The notes beneath the pieces were generated by a model, which did no database searches, was not told the DNA's origin, and was given only the letters and a program-made list of their open reading frames with translations. A program made the position numbers and the translations under genes. Positions 50,661-64,000 of a stretch of DNA of 64,000 nucleotides are shown one piece after another (position 1 is the stretch's first letter; the number at the start of each line of letters is the position of its first letter). Source of the DNA: Octopus bimaculoides (taxonomy: Eukaryota); contig NC_068983.1 in NCBI RefSeq assembly GCF_001194135.2, positions 131,554,876 to 131,618,875 on the forward strand. The letters are read 5' to 3'.

Positions 50661-52270
50661 GAGAGTTCTGAAATTGTCGAAATACTATTGCAATATCTTT
50701 ATACGTGACGTGCGCACTGGAGGCAGAATTTTTTGTGTTGTTAGAAACTAATAAAGAGAAACCACTGAAACACTTCTTTTGTTTCTTGCCAATAGCAAGG
50801 AAGAATTAATTCTACATGTATAAACGAGGTTAGAAATTTAATTGCAATGTCCAGTGGTTATAATCAAGTGATATTTTAAAATTGCAAAATGAAGTGGACA
50901 CACTTGACAGTGAACTTATTGACAAGCATCCAAGAAGGACTACCATACTTAAATATGTTGACTATTTCCCAGCTTTGATCTACCTAAACATCGCAATTCC
51001 TCTTCAATATAACTAGAGTGTCACTTCACATTATCACAGTAAAATTTCGAGCCCCCATTTTGTTGCTGATGAATCTTAATAGTTTACACATCCACTTTAA
51101 CTAAAATGTTATACGTTTTTATCTGCTATCGACATGATCATAAAAGTAAATAAAATTACTGAAACTGACTCAAGAACGACGTACTTCGTTGATTTTCCGT
51201 GGAAACTTGTAACCATCTAATACGAATTTGCCTTTCACTTTATAACGGTGTCAGTTCATTTTCAAACCTGTAGTCACCCTGTCGATTAACAGAAGTCAGG
51301 GGCAAAGTTTCAAAAATGTCACATTTATCTTCGAGCTTCAGTGTTCATTTATGGTTAGATCTATATTACATTTGTTAAGAGTTAGGATCCTTCATACGTA
51401 ACGATTTATGGTAACCAAAGTCAATTTACAGTATCAAAAAGATACTGCAGGTGTAGGACGCCTGTGAAAGTATTATAAAATATTGTCAGAATTTTCTGTT
51501 AGGGATATTTGTATACAATTTGTATAAAGAAATAAAAATATAAAAGCCGTTATTTCCTTTGTTTCATTCCAAGTTTCATTTATATCAAAACTGATTCACG
51601 TTTCTTCTAATTAATTCTTTCTAAAGTATAAGCCTATAATTCAGTGAAGAATTACATCACTTAATTCCTATTTAGAACAACAAATCATCCACTGATATAA
51701 CATAAAATCCAATAGTATATAACTTAAAGTAAACAGAAAATGGAGAAATATTGATCAACAACAATTGACTACCATCAATTATTACTTTTTAATACAAATA
51801 GGCTGTATCCCATCCAACAGCTGTTTCTGCTTCCAATGTTCTATGGTATTGCCATTGCAAGTTCTGAAAATAATATTCATCATATTTGGTAATACATCCG
51901 ATCTGGAAAAATGGAGCTTCATCAAAGTGAGAAAAAAAAAACACACATAAAAGAAAAGAAAAGAAGTACCGCGAGAAGATGAAAAACTTAATATATTTAA
52001 ATCATACCATTTTGCATATGTGTCGCTCCAGGACATTGAGTAAATGACAAAACTCAAATTAGTAATTGGTAGGTTAATTTTTCTATGTGGGCAACAGGGT
52101 GGGTAAGTAATAAAAAGTGAAATAAAACATTTATCATAACGGGATACACCAATAGGTTTAGACAAAGAGTGAGAGTGCCATAACGTTTTGAAGTAATCAT
52201 GATAGTTCTTAAAATTATGCTAATAGTACTAATTAATAGTTTATCAGAATAAAGTGACCTAAAGTGACCT

Positions 52271-52423
52271 AAATTTTGAGAATTATAATACAGAGTCCAA
52301 CTTCTGAACTGACTTCCACATTACCTAAGCGGTGGGCTGACTAGACAATCTAGTCACCCCGCTTCTTAGGTACTGTGAATGTTAGTTCAGAAGTTAAACC
52401 TTGTATTATAATTCTCTAAATTT
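52271..52423. repeat. About 153-bp imperfect palindrome (hairpin/MITE-like)
   Basis: Arms of about 75 bp around a caa loop at 52346-52348: gagaattataatac...acttctgaact...cctaag...tgactaga / tctagtca...cttagg...agttcagaagt...gtattataattctc. Confidence 0.85.
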
Positions 52424-52970
52424 GTCGCTTCCCTCGTCATTAACCCCCACTTAACCGTAGTTTTCATCTTTATCACTCTCCCTATTTCCTTTCCTACTAA
52501 TTAATTCCTTTCTTTGTCTACTAACTTCACACTCCTATTTTATAAAGCATTTGTTCATTCCGCCCCCAACCGCCTTAATTCCGCCTTAATTCACAATTGT
52601 CCAAATAGGGACTCTCTAGGTTTTAATAACAGTGCTGGTATTGTTCATTCCTTCGTATTGTAATTGTTTACATGTTTGTTTTGTTTTTTTATATACAATG
52701 TCCTAATCGGTCTTTGAGACACAACATAAACTACTTTTCCATAATTTTTGTATTTTATTTATCTATTTACACATACCCGTAATACGGTCTTAATAGCTTG
52801 ACCCTTGTTTTTTAATTTAACTGACCGGTTATATCGAAAGCTGGACTCTGGTCAATCCCATTACGGGTAATAGGTGGTTGGACTTTACAACATATCAGTA
52901 AGTAAATAATTGTAATTAATTGATGGGTATTTTAAATTTAATTCCTGATAAACTCATGCTTATCTTTGTC

Positions 52971-53019
<49 letters not shown>

Positions 53020-53020
<1 letters not shown>

Positions 53021-53750
53021 CTTTAAATACATATACTAATGTATATGCTTTGTGTATTTTCTGGTGGCTGCAATGGCGTAGCGGAGTATATAACTCTCAT
53101 GTCGCCGGTGTTAAAACACCTTAGGGCTATAGACAGGAGAGATAAGTCACCCTTAATCCCATTTATGAGGGATGGACACTGATGTTTCACTATTTGTGTG
53201 GTTTATCAACACCACCTACCCGCCTGGATAGAAGGCGAGTCAGCTAGCAAGTCTACCGACTTATATGCACATGGTTCAAAAGGGTTTTAACACCAGTGAC
53301 TTGAGAGTTATATTCTCTACTACGCCATTACAGCCACCGGAAAACATAGAAAACATATGCATTAGTATATGTATTTTACAATATTTATTATACTTGAGCT
53401 GCATTTACTTCATATGTACATTTTCTCTTAGTTATGCAATTTCCGAGCATACCAGCTCATGATTTTGCACACCATGAGCATACAAGTCGTTGGACTGGCT
53501 AGCTGACTCGATTTCAAGCCAGGTGGGTAGGTGGTGTTGATAAGCCACAAAAATGGCGAAACATCGATGCTCATCACTCAAAAATGGGATTGAGGGTGAG
53601 TTATCTCGCCTGCCCATGGCTCTGAGGTGTTTTAACACTGACAACATGGGAGTTATATACTCCGCTATGTCGTTGCAGCACCATAAAATACACAAAGCAT
53701 ATATATTAATATATGTATTTAACAATATTTATACTAGAGTTGTTTTTACT
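53020..53750. mobile_element. Compound foldback/MITE with long inverted repeats between (TA)n tracts
   Basis: Unit 53025-53280 is inverted at 53460-53725; its first roughly 95 bp are also inverted at 53283-53385. Confidence 0.75.
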
Positions 53751-53775
53751 TTATATATACATATATATATATATA

Positions 53776-53846
<71 letters not shown>

Positions 53847-53884
53847 ATACATACAAATGTATACATACATACATATATGTATAT

Positions 53885-53915
<31 letters not shown>

Positions 53916-54335
53916 AACTGTTTTCAAGACATGACATTTTCTCTATATACAGGACACATCAAAGTGCTCAGTATATTTGAGCCATATGAAAATAGGAAAA
54001 AGAATGATCAGAGGCAAAAGATATGTTACTAACATATATTTTGTTGTAAAATTATCATGAGCACAAATCATGTACTAAAAATATATGGAAATATAAATAT
54101 ATAAATACGCTTAATGATATATCAAAAATACATTAAAAATATATATAGATATAAATATAGAAATACACTAAATATGATAAAACATCCAAGGGTATATTTT
54201 TTCCCTCTGAAGATATTACTTAATATTTACTTAATATTTACTGAGTATTAATTGAAACAGTTCTCAGTGATAATGATTAATTTGCTGTTATTAATAAACA
54301 ATTATTAACTTCCCAATCTCCATTTCCTTTTCCTT

Positions 54336-54376
<41 letters not shown>

Positions 54377-54416
54377 ATCTCCCTCTCTTTCTATCTCTCT
54401 CTCATTCTCTCTCTCC

Positions 54417-54451
<35 letters not shown>

Positions 54452-54893
54452 TATATATANNNNNNNNNNNNNNNNNNNNNNNNNNNNNNNNNNNNNNNNN
54501 NNNNNNNNNNNNNNNNNNNNNNNNNNNNNNNNNNNNNNNNNNNNNNNNNNNNNNNNNNNNNNNNNNNNNNNNNNNNNNNNNNNNNNNNNNNNNNNNNNNN
54601 NNNNNNNNNNNNNNNNNNNNNNNNNNNNNNNNNNNNNNNNNNNNNNNNNNNNNNNNNNNNNNNNNNNNNNNNNNNNNNNNNNNNNNNNNNNNNNNNNNNN
54701 NNNNNNNNNNNNNNNNNNNNNNNNNNNNNNNNNNNNNNNNNNNNNNNNNNNNNNNNNNNNNNNNNNNNNNNNNNNNNNNNNNNNNNNNNNNNNNNNNNNN
54801 NNNNNNNNNNNNNNNNNNNNNNNNNNNNNNNNNNNNNNNNNNNNNNNNNNNNNNNNNNNNNNNNNNNNNNNNNNNNNNNNNNNNNNNNNNNNN

Positions 54894-54965
<72 letters not shown>

Positions 54966-55548
54966 TTGAACACCCATAATTGATTCAAAGTGAAAACTTC
55001 GCAGTTTAAAATGAAAAAAAAAGCAATATATCACTTACACCTCTGCTCCATTTGTGAATTTTTAATATAAAACAATTTGACTGCATTTCTGTTAAAACAC
55101 TGGTCGGTTTGAAGTGTTCCTATTAGAACACCACCACACCATCACATATCAGGCATTAACACACCAAAGCACAACCTCCTTTACGAAGCTGCTATCATAC
55201 ACCATCATAGACACCCACTCAACATCGCACATTAACAGACCATCACACCTCATTTTGTGCTTCATTCACGTTTTATTAGCACAGAGACATCACTGAAAGT
55301 TTGTGGCTATTGTGAAACTATTACAATAATCTGTTAGTAATTAAACATTATCATAGACTGCCGATGTCTTTGTAGTTTTAGGTTGATAGTCAATGCCATG
55401 ATATACTGGTAGCTATGTTTGCATTGTGAACTCTGCAACAGAAATATTTGAAGTATCTATGTACAGATATGATCTTAATCATCTGTTATACACTTCAGTT
55501 TAGTAAGCATCTAAACAAACAAACGGTTACCAATATTTATCAAACATA

Positions 55549-56905
55549 TCTTACTGTTTTTTAAAGATTATATATTTAGAATTCTTTGTTTGTCTGTCTG
55601 TCCTCTATGCATTCTCAAACGGCTCGACCAAATCAAGTCAAATTTTACAAGGTAATAGTTATTACACCCCACGAGTGTCAACAAGCAATTTGTTTTTTAT
55701 CTCGATTAAAGCAATATAACATTTTATAGAGATAATCTTTCTATAGTCAACTATAGTACAAGACATTTTATACGACGACAATGATGATGACAACGTCATA
55801 TTTTGTATATGAGTGTGTTTGTGTCTGTGAGTGTATGTGTGTAAGTGTATGAGTGTGTATGTGTCTGTAAGTGCGTATGTTTCCGCGTTAGATAGTTATT
55901 AAACGTACACATACATCTACAAATACATATACATATGTGACGACTGACATGATTTCTTTGTCCGTTTGTCTTTCTGCTCCCTATGAATTCTCAAACGGCT
56001 CGACCACGACGACAAAAAATGACAACGTCACATTTGTATTTGAATGTGTCTGTGTCTGTGTGTATATATGTATGTGTGCGTGTCTGTGAGTGTGTGTGTG
56101 TCTGTGAGTGTGTATGTGTCTGAGTGTGTGTGTTTCCGCGTTAGATACGTCATTAAATACACACACTTCTACACATACATATGAATATGTGACGACTGAC
56201 ATGCAGGAATATATGTCTGCGTGTCTCTAAAATTCTTTGTCTGTCTGTCTATTCTCTATGCATTCTCAAACAGCTCGACCAAGCCAAACCAAATTTTACC
56301 AGGTAATAGTATTACACCGCCCCTTGAGTTAACATGTAATTTTTTTATTTCGATTAAAACAATATAACATTTTATAGAGATAATCTTTCTATAACCAACT
56401 ATAGTACAGGATATTTTATACCACGACAACGACGACGTCATATTTTGTATATGATTGTGTGTGTGTCTGTGAGTGTATGTGGGTAAGAGTATGAGTGTGT
56501 ATGTGTCTGTGACTCTGTGTGTGTGTGTTTCCACGTTAGGTACGTTATTAAATACACACACATCTACACATACAAATACATATGTGACGACTGACATGCG
56601 TAAAAGTATGTCAGTGTTTCTCTCTTACTATACAATATTACACTCCGCGAGTGTCAACATCTAATTTTTTTGAAATTTCAATTAAAACAATATCACACTT
56701 CATAGAAAGAATATTTCTATGGTCAACAATAGTACCGGACATTTTCTATGAGTGTGTATGTGTCTGTGAGTGTGTGTTTTCGCCTTCCATACGTACAAGA
56801 TAGTAAAGGACATATTATACCACGACGACGACGACGTCACATTTTTATATGAGTGTGCATGTGTCTGTGAGTGTATTTGTGTGGGTGTATGAGTGTGTAT
56901 GTGTC

Positions 56906-56948
<43 letters not shown>

Positions 56949-57749
56949 GCGATACAAACGTCATTAAACACACATCTACACATAATATACAAATGTGAAG
57001 ACTGACATGCGTGAATGTATGTTAGTGTGTGTCTTTCTAACTATATCTATGTGAGTACATGTGAGAGCGAATGTGTGTATGTGTGATCATTTCTATTTCC
57101 ATTTGGATTAAAACACACATCTACACATACTTATACATATGTGACGACTGAAAAAACAATGATAGGAAAACCTATGTATGTCTGTGTGTGTCTGTCTTAC
57201 TATATGTATGTGAGTGTCGTTATATTTTGTATATGAATGTGCATGTGTCTGTGTGGCTCAGTCTATGTTTCTTATTCTACAGCCAGACCAGCAATCCAAT
57301 GTCAACCCTTCTTTTTCTGCTACATTTCAACAGTTAATTTTCCCGTTGCCATCTCCCATTGTAGCCCATATGCAGAATGTACCCATTTACGTACAATATC
57401 ACCTACATTCATTCGACTGTCACCTATACGATGGGTCGTGTTAGACGCAGTGCCGGCCACCGCAAAGGAGAGTATATCCACTGACATCTTTTCAGTGCGT
57501 TCAAAAATCACTTATCCCCCCAATCCTAATTTTAGGGTCTAGATTCCTCCAAACGGACGCATGACATGTCGCTTAGTCGAATTAGCCTATCATTTACTCC
57601 ACAAATGTTTTGTCGTCAATGCTTCACTTTCCCGTATCACCTGTTTCAACATAACTAATATATACTAATACACACATACATACATACATACATACATACA
57701 TACACACTATGCCATTTTAATCCCGAGCAACGCCGGGTATTTCTGATAG
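55549..57749 (+). mobile_element. Non-autonomous Helitron with internal tandem repeats
   Basis: Putative 5' A|TC, then gtttgtctgtctgtc...aaacggctcgacc...aaatttt (Lep1/DINE-like 5' module); 3' hairpin cccgagcaacgccggg 57722-57737 then tatttctg-ATAG|T (CTAG variant). Confidence 0.7.
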
Positions 57750-57839
57750 TAGTTTTATAAATATTTTCAGTTAATTAATTTAATGTGTTAAACTTCCAAA
57801 TACCTTTCTATGCCATTCGAAGCCCTGAATTGTAATGCT

Positions 57840-58020
57840 TTTAAGATGGGAATAGGCGATTATAGCGATTCTAAAACTTTACGGTTACGTTATAGTATCG
57901 ACCAAGTAAAATTGAATGTCTCGACAGGATTTGAATACAAAACCTTTAGATTTGTGTTCAAATCCTATAACTAAATACCGTAGGCATTTTGTCTGGCGCT
58001 CTAACGATTCTGCCAATCCT
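57840..58020. mobile_element. Degraded SINE family B fragments
   Basis: gcattttgtctggcgctctaacgattctgcca (minus-strand head) plus an upstream + fragment. Confidence 0.5.
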
Positions 58021-59736
58021 ACACTCTTTATTTCACTGGAACAAATGCAAACAGTTCCTTTCATTTTTACTCCAAGAGGACACTACTCATTCTTTGAAAT
58101 TTCCCGTCTCCCCCCGCATCATACAAACTCGCAAACGTTATTTATTGATTTTTGTCGACTGCGACTGCAATCTCGGCCTCTTCTTAATTTAAAATGATGG
58201 ATAGATTGTTAATTGTGAAGTTAATGATAAATGATTAAAAGCCGGCACCTATGAAACACATTACTCCAAACTATGCGATGGGAAGAGATGCTAATGATTT
58301 TATTGACTTCAGCGAAATAAATTCTCTGAACTGAATATATGACTTGCTAGTAGCACTATCAACCAACATGATATCAAGCCAGTAGTATCACTAAAGGTGT
58401 TGCCACCCTGTGCGGTAACTGATAGCGTCATTCTTCCTCAGACATTCTTCTTTGCCATGTCATATAGAATCTGTAATGATTCCTTTTGAACTGATATTAA
58501 CCGTAAATCATAATTTCCATAAATCAATGAATATAGTGATATAAAATAGCAGCATAATTAAAAGAACACTATGAAACTATTAATTACAAATACATAAGTT
58601 AAATGTAATTACAAAATAAAATGATGTTTCGTGTAGTTAAGTTGAAAATGCGTTAAGATAACTGTAGAAATCGAATTAAAAAAAAAAATAAGAACTACAT
58701 CAGAATTATGATTTGAAATTGAGCTTTACTGTTAAATGAAGGGCATCTATGATTTAGGTTTCATTTTCTAAAATACAGGCATGCACGCGCGCGCGCACAC
58801 ACACATAGATACATACATGCATACATGTATACATAATACATACATACATACATACATGCATACGCATTCGCATATTTGGCGAGGGAGATTCTTTATCGAG
58901 AATACAGTAAATAATACCTCCAACTTTCGGCCCAGTTAAATAACTGGTTAATCTTGAGATGAATTAACCGTGGAGAGCCGTTTATTCAAGATTGTAATGA
59001 TTTTCGACTGGAATGTGAGACTTCACTATGCAGTGAATTACAACAAACAACATGGCTAGACACGACAACATCAACAACAACAAAGCTGAAGAACAGTAAG
59101 AAAACATCATCGCAAAAGGTAAATGAACCCTTTCTACTGTAGCTATAAAAGAAACCGCAACTGCAAACACATTTTTCTTGGAGTTATGAACCGAATAATG
59201 ATTTATTTAACAGTTATAAAAGAGCTAAACAAAATCCCTCAAATTCCCCACTCTCTCAGAAAAGCACAAGAGATCCATCATCAACATTGTCATCTTATTA
59301 TACTGTTTCTACCATAAGCACTACTAATACTTCAATTAGTGAGGGATCATGCCTTTCTCCTCACTCCCACTGTCCGCCTCAATCTCATTTTATATCTCAC
59401 AACTCCATGATAATTCTGACTACTGTAAATAAAGGAAAATCTATGAACTCACGAAACTCAAAAGTATACCGATATTCTCAACTCAAGAGACTGTGCATAC
59501 GTAGTGACTGCAACTTCACCCATATATCTGGGACAAGACACACAATTTGTAGTTGTAACAGCCAACGCAATAGCCCATATCTTATACCGACAAATATTAA
59601 ATCAAACTTTATAACTTTTGCAATTATATATATATATATATATATATATATNNNNNNNNNNNNNNNNNNNNNNNNNNNNNNNNNNNNNNNNNNNNNNNNN
59701 NNNNNNNNNNNNNNNNNNNNNNNNNNNNNNNNNNNN

Positions 59737-59780
<44 letters not shown>

Positions 59781-60359
59781 GTGTGTGTATGTATTTATGT
59801 ATGTATATATATATATATGCAGATGTATACATATTTATGTAGATGTATGTATATATATATATATATATAAGCAGTGTTTACGTATAATCACAATTTAGGT
59901 TAGTTGAAATATGTGACAAACATATTTCAACTAACCTAAAGTGTCATTATATATATAACGGACATAGTAAAAAATATTATTTTTCGTCTCTGTAGACTTC
60001 CGATTTTTCAAAACTATTGGAAAAGCAGAAGCTAAGAAACAACTATTCAGATTTTTATAGTGAGAGAGAATCAGATACAATTTTAGACATACAGTATCAC
60101 AAAGTGATGGCAATCAATTTGCAAATAAAGTTTCTCTCATTTTCATTTAATTTCATGATCAGCGGAAGGAAGGCAGCACCTATAAAACATTTTGAGGATT
60201 TGCGAGATGGGTAAGGAGAAAGAAGGAAGTTGAACTGGACCAGAGATGTGATCCGAAAGCTTGCACCGGAAAGGACTTCGCCCAAAGCATCCAAGGGCAA
60301 GAGGTAGTGCTAAACCAGTAGACGGGTTCATCTTATCATCCAAGAGCAAGAACAATCAC

Positions 60360-60520
60360 TGAGATGGGCTTCTACATAGTTTCCGTCTTTCAAATTTCAT
60401 TCGCTAAGATTTGATCATCTCGTGGTTATGATTGGATATACTTGTCCATTGTGCCACAGTGGAAAACGAACCCGAAACTATGTTGTTAGAAAGCGAACAT
60501 CTTAACTATGCAGCCAACTT
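60360..60520 (-). mobile_element. SINE family A degraded 5' half
   Basis: gatgggcttctacatagtttccgtctttc...gtgccacagtgg...aacccgaaac. Confidence 0.6.
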
Positions 60521-61347
60521 AGTATCCATTTTAATGTAATTATGTTGTTCACAAAAAATATATCCATTATCTGAGAAAATGCTATTTTCAATGCTTTAAA
60601 TAGATTACGGCAATATTAGTGCAGTGAAGTAGTCTTGTTCTAACCGCGACGATATCACTAGACATATATATTTAAAACATTATTACTACTCCTAGCAAAA
60701 CATTAATATTGATCAATATGTAGTTTCGATGAGACATCTGGTAGTAAGATGTCAAAAATGATAGCTTTGCTGTCCTGCATCGTGTTAGCTTTATTGTTTT
60801 GGCTTGTGGCAAAGTCATTTGATATCACTGATGGTGTCGACATTTCTCACGTCAGCTAACTTTTCAGTTTGAAATTCAATTGTTCTCTGTGTAAACACTC
60901 ACACTTATCACAGATACCACGCACACACACAAACTCACACAGCACGCACGCGAAAATACACATATACTCATACACACATACACACACAAATATACACACA
61001 CATTTGTGTTTATAAGACTCTTAACCCAAGCATTAAGAAGACCAGTAATATAATAAAGAACTGACTACATCTACAACTGTGCAGTAAAAGAATTTTATTT
61101 TCATGAGCTCTACAGTATGCAAGAATGTTTCAAGTTTAACGACTCAGGTTGTGTGTGTATGTATGTATGAATGTACGTATGTATGAATGTATGTATGTAT
61201 GTATGTATGCATGCAGGTATATGTGTGTATGTATGCTATTTTGCGTTTTTGGTTTTTAATTGCTTTAGCCACGAATTTTATAACGTATTTAGCATAATAT
61301 TAATTGATCGTTATAATATCTTATTGTATGTTTATATATGTTGCTGG

Positions 61348-61722
61348 CACACCGTCGCTTACGCCATCGAGGGTTCCAGTTGATCCGATCAACGGAACAG
61401 CCTGCTCGTGAAATTAACGTGCAAGTGGCTGAGCACTCCACAGACACGTGTACCCTAAACGTATTTCTCGGGGATATTCAGCGTGACACATTGTGACAAG
61501 GCTGACCCTTTGAATTACAGGCACAACAGAAGTAAGAAATAAGAGTGAGAGAAAGTTGTGGTGAAAGAGTACAGCAGGGTTCGCCACCACCTCCTGCCGG
61601 AGCCTGGGGGAGCTTTAGGTGTTTTCGCTCAATAAATACTCACAACGCCCGGTCTGGGAATCGAAACTGCAATCCTATGACCGCGAGTCCGCTGCCCTAA
61701 CCACTGGGCCATTGCGCCTCCA
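61348..61722 (-). mobile_element. SINE family C, full length
   Basis: A box TGGCCCAGTGG and B box GTTTCGATTCC on the minus strand; colinear with 7278-7646. Confidence 0.9.
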
Positions 61723-62381
61723 CGTGTTTATATGTATGTNNNNNNNNNNNNNNNNNNNNNNNNNNNNNNNNNNNNNNNNNNNNNNNNNNNNNNNNNNNNN
61801 NNNNNNNNNNNNNNNNNNNNNNNNNNNNNNNNNNNNNNNNNNNNNNNNNNNNNNNNNNNNNNNNNNNNNNNNNNNNNNNNNNNNNNNNNNNNNNNNNNNN
61901 NNNNNNNNNNNNNNNNNNNNNNNNNNNNNNNNNNNNNNNNNNNNNNNNNNNNNNNNNNNNNNNNNNNNNNNNNNNNNNNNNNNNNNNNNNNNNNNNNNNN
62001 NNNNNNNNNNNNNNNNNNNNNNNNNNNNNNNNNNNNNNNNNNNNNNNNNNNNNNNNNNNNNNNNNNNNNNNNNNNNNNNNNNNNNNNNNNNNNNNNNNNN
62101 NNNNNNNNNNNNNNNNNNNNNNNNNTTTTATATTCCTTCCCTTCTACCTGGAACGGCGTTCTTACACACGTGCTCAACATATAATATAGAGAGTAAGAGT
62201 AAAAGAGGGAGAGAGAGAGAGAGAGAGAGAAAGTGATACATACAACGTCATAGATTAAACTTAACCTCTCAGTATTCTTTACCTATTTTTCATAACATTG
62301 ATACGTAAAAACACATACAACCACACATACGTGATCTGTGACAACAACATACACATTGCTCCCGTTCTCCCCCTCTTCTTC

Positions 62382-63009
62382 TCTCGCTCTCTCAAACGCA
62401 TACACGTGCAAGTAAACACAATCATTCACAAAAATATAACTCATGTTCGTCAATGTGGCATAACTACGAGATGTACTCCACGACTTTAGAAGGTCATAAC
62501 TTTTAGAAAAATGAATATTTTTTATGAAATTTTCTGCGCATATATTATTTATTATGTAGATTCCGAATATACAAGAATTTTTGGTAAAAGTGTTTTGGGA
62601 GGGGTGGGAGACAATTTTCGGAAATTCCATTTAAATTCCTCTTAATTTCCAGGAAAATGAATATTTTTTCGTGAAATTTTCTACAAATATACCTTGATGT
62701 ATGTACATTTCGGGCATGTAGGAATTTTGAAGGAAATAACTGCAGGTTATTTTTGAGAAGTGCTCCCCACTCGGTGGTGTTTCGGAGCAAGTCGCCCATA
62801 TTTGTTTCATTTTACTCTATTAAGTGCGTATGTGCATCCGTAGATTTTTAATGAAGTAATAGTCAGTGAAGAGAAACCGTCATAAGAAAACTTTAAACTA
62901 CCTCTATTCCTTTCTCCTCTTCTCTCTACTTCTTCCTTTCTCGCTCTCTCAAACGCATACACGTGCAAGTACACAATCATTCAGTAAAATATAACTCATG
63001 TTCGTCAAT
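62382..63009 (+). repeat. About 70-bp direct repeats (62382-62454 and 62939-63009) flanking an AT-rich MITE-like segment
   Basis: tctcgctctctcaaacgcatacacgtgcaagt...aatataactcatgttcgtcaat occurs twice. Confidence 0.85.
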
Positions 63010-63525
63010 TTAAGATCTACTTCCTGGAAAATTCCGATGATTTCATGGAAAGTTCCGAGGATTTCACGCAAAATTCCAAGGATTTAATGGAAAGTTCCGA
63101 TGATTTAATATCTACTTCATGGAAATTTCCGAGGATTTCAGGGAAATTCCAAAGATTTAATTGGAAGTTCTTAGGATTTCCTGGGAAGTTCCGAGGATTC
63201 AAGATCGACTTCCTGGAAAGTTCCGATGATTTAAGATCGACTTCCTGGAAGATTCCGAGGATTTCCTGGAAAGTTTCGAGGATTTCATGGAATGTTCCGA
63301 GGATTTATGATCGCCTTCCTAGAAAATTCCGATGATTTCATGGAAAATTCCGAGAATTTAAGATCGACTTCCTCGAAAATTCCGAGTATTTCATGGAAAG
63401 TTCCGATGATTTCCTGGAAAGTTCTGAAGGTTTTCTGGGAATTACAGAGGGCCAAAAATCGACTTCCCGGAAAATTCCGATGATTTCATGGAAAGCTCGG
63501 AGTGTTTCCTGGAAAGTTCAGAAGG
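63010..63525. repeat. 21-bp minisatellite (ttcctggaaagttccgaggat) with periodic 11-bp insert ttaagatcgac
   Basis: About 20 degenerate units read directly. Confidence 0.9.
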
Positions 63526-63861
63526 GAAAACGAGAAACGTTGCCTACAAAGAAGCGCTCCACTGAAATGATGACGTCCAAATCACCCCAGTCATACGGAG
63601 TCAATGCCACACAACTTCACTCATTCACTTTATCGCTCTTTCTAATGCAATTCCCCTTTCTTCGACAAATTAACACAATCAATGGAAACATATGATACAA
63701 TGATTTAATTCAATATAAAACATACTATCTGAAAGCGTTTGCAATAGTGAGTCCATAACTACCGTCTCAGCTATAACCTTGGAGCCCTAATAATCTGTTA
63801 CATCACTTAGCTAGCGTACCTTGTCGTTTAGATCACCTGTGAACTAAACCCCCATATTTTG

Positions 63862-63917
<56 letters not shown>

Positions 63918-64000
63918 GCATATGCATACATTCACACACATACACACGACGTGCACACACACACACACACATATTATGCATATGTGTATGTATATGTATA

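Noticed and set aside
52770-52872. Interrupted stem acccgtaat/attacgggt plus ttgacc/ggtcaa enclosing ctgaccgg...cgaaag
   Set aside because: Core is not CUGANGA and no known ribozyme fold could be completed; short stems may be chance.
63017-63695. Heptad-repeat ORFs (MESSEDF...) as a coiled-coil protein
   Set aside because: 11-bp inserts shift the frame repeatedly and ORFs appear in all frames and on both strands; non-coding minisatellite.

Overview
AT-rich, microsatellite-dense eukaryotic scaffold with many N gaps; the SINE families and repeat landscape look like an Octopus/cephalopod genome (inference from recalled families, not a database hit). One host gene is supported: a START-domain (StAR/STARD3-like) lipid-transfer gene on the + strand with an internal coding exon at 17245-17429 and the terminal coding exon at 30195-30302. 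A phase-required middle exon is not visible and probably lies in a gap. Both exons were missed by the ORF track. The rest is mostly transposon debris: several tRNA-derived SINE families (about 30 copies or fragments), L1/Tx1-, RTE- and R4/Dong-like LINE fragments, Penelope-like (PLE) RT and GIY-YIG relics, Merlin, two DD37D-type mariner relics, Helitron pieces and MITE/foldback elements. The most notable signals are two unrelated minimal hammerhead-ribozyme motifs (about 4110-4153 on +, and 48170-48214 on -), the first with a decayed inverted twin across an (AAT)n tract, and a 2.2-kb non-autonomous Helitron that is amplifying its own 5' module into a tandem array. Most predicted ORFs are microsatellite or gap artefacts. 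Coordinates of degraded elements are approximate.
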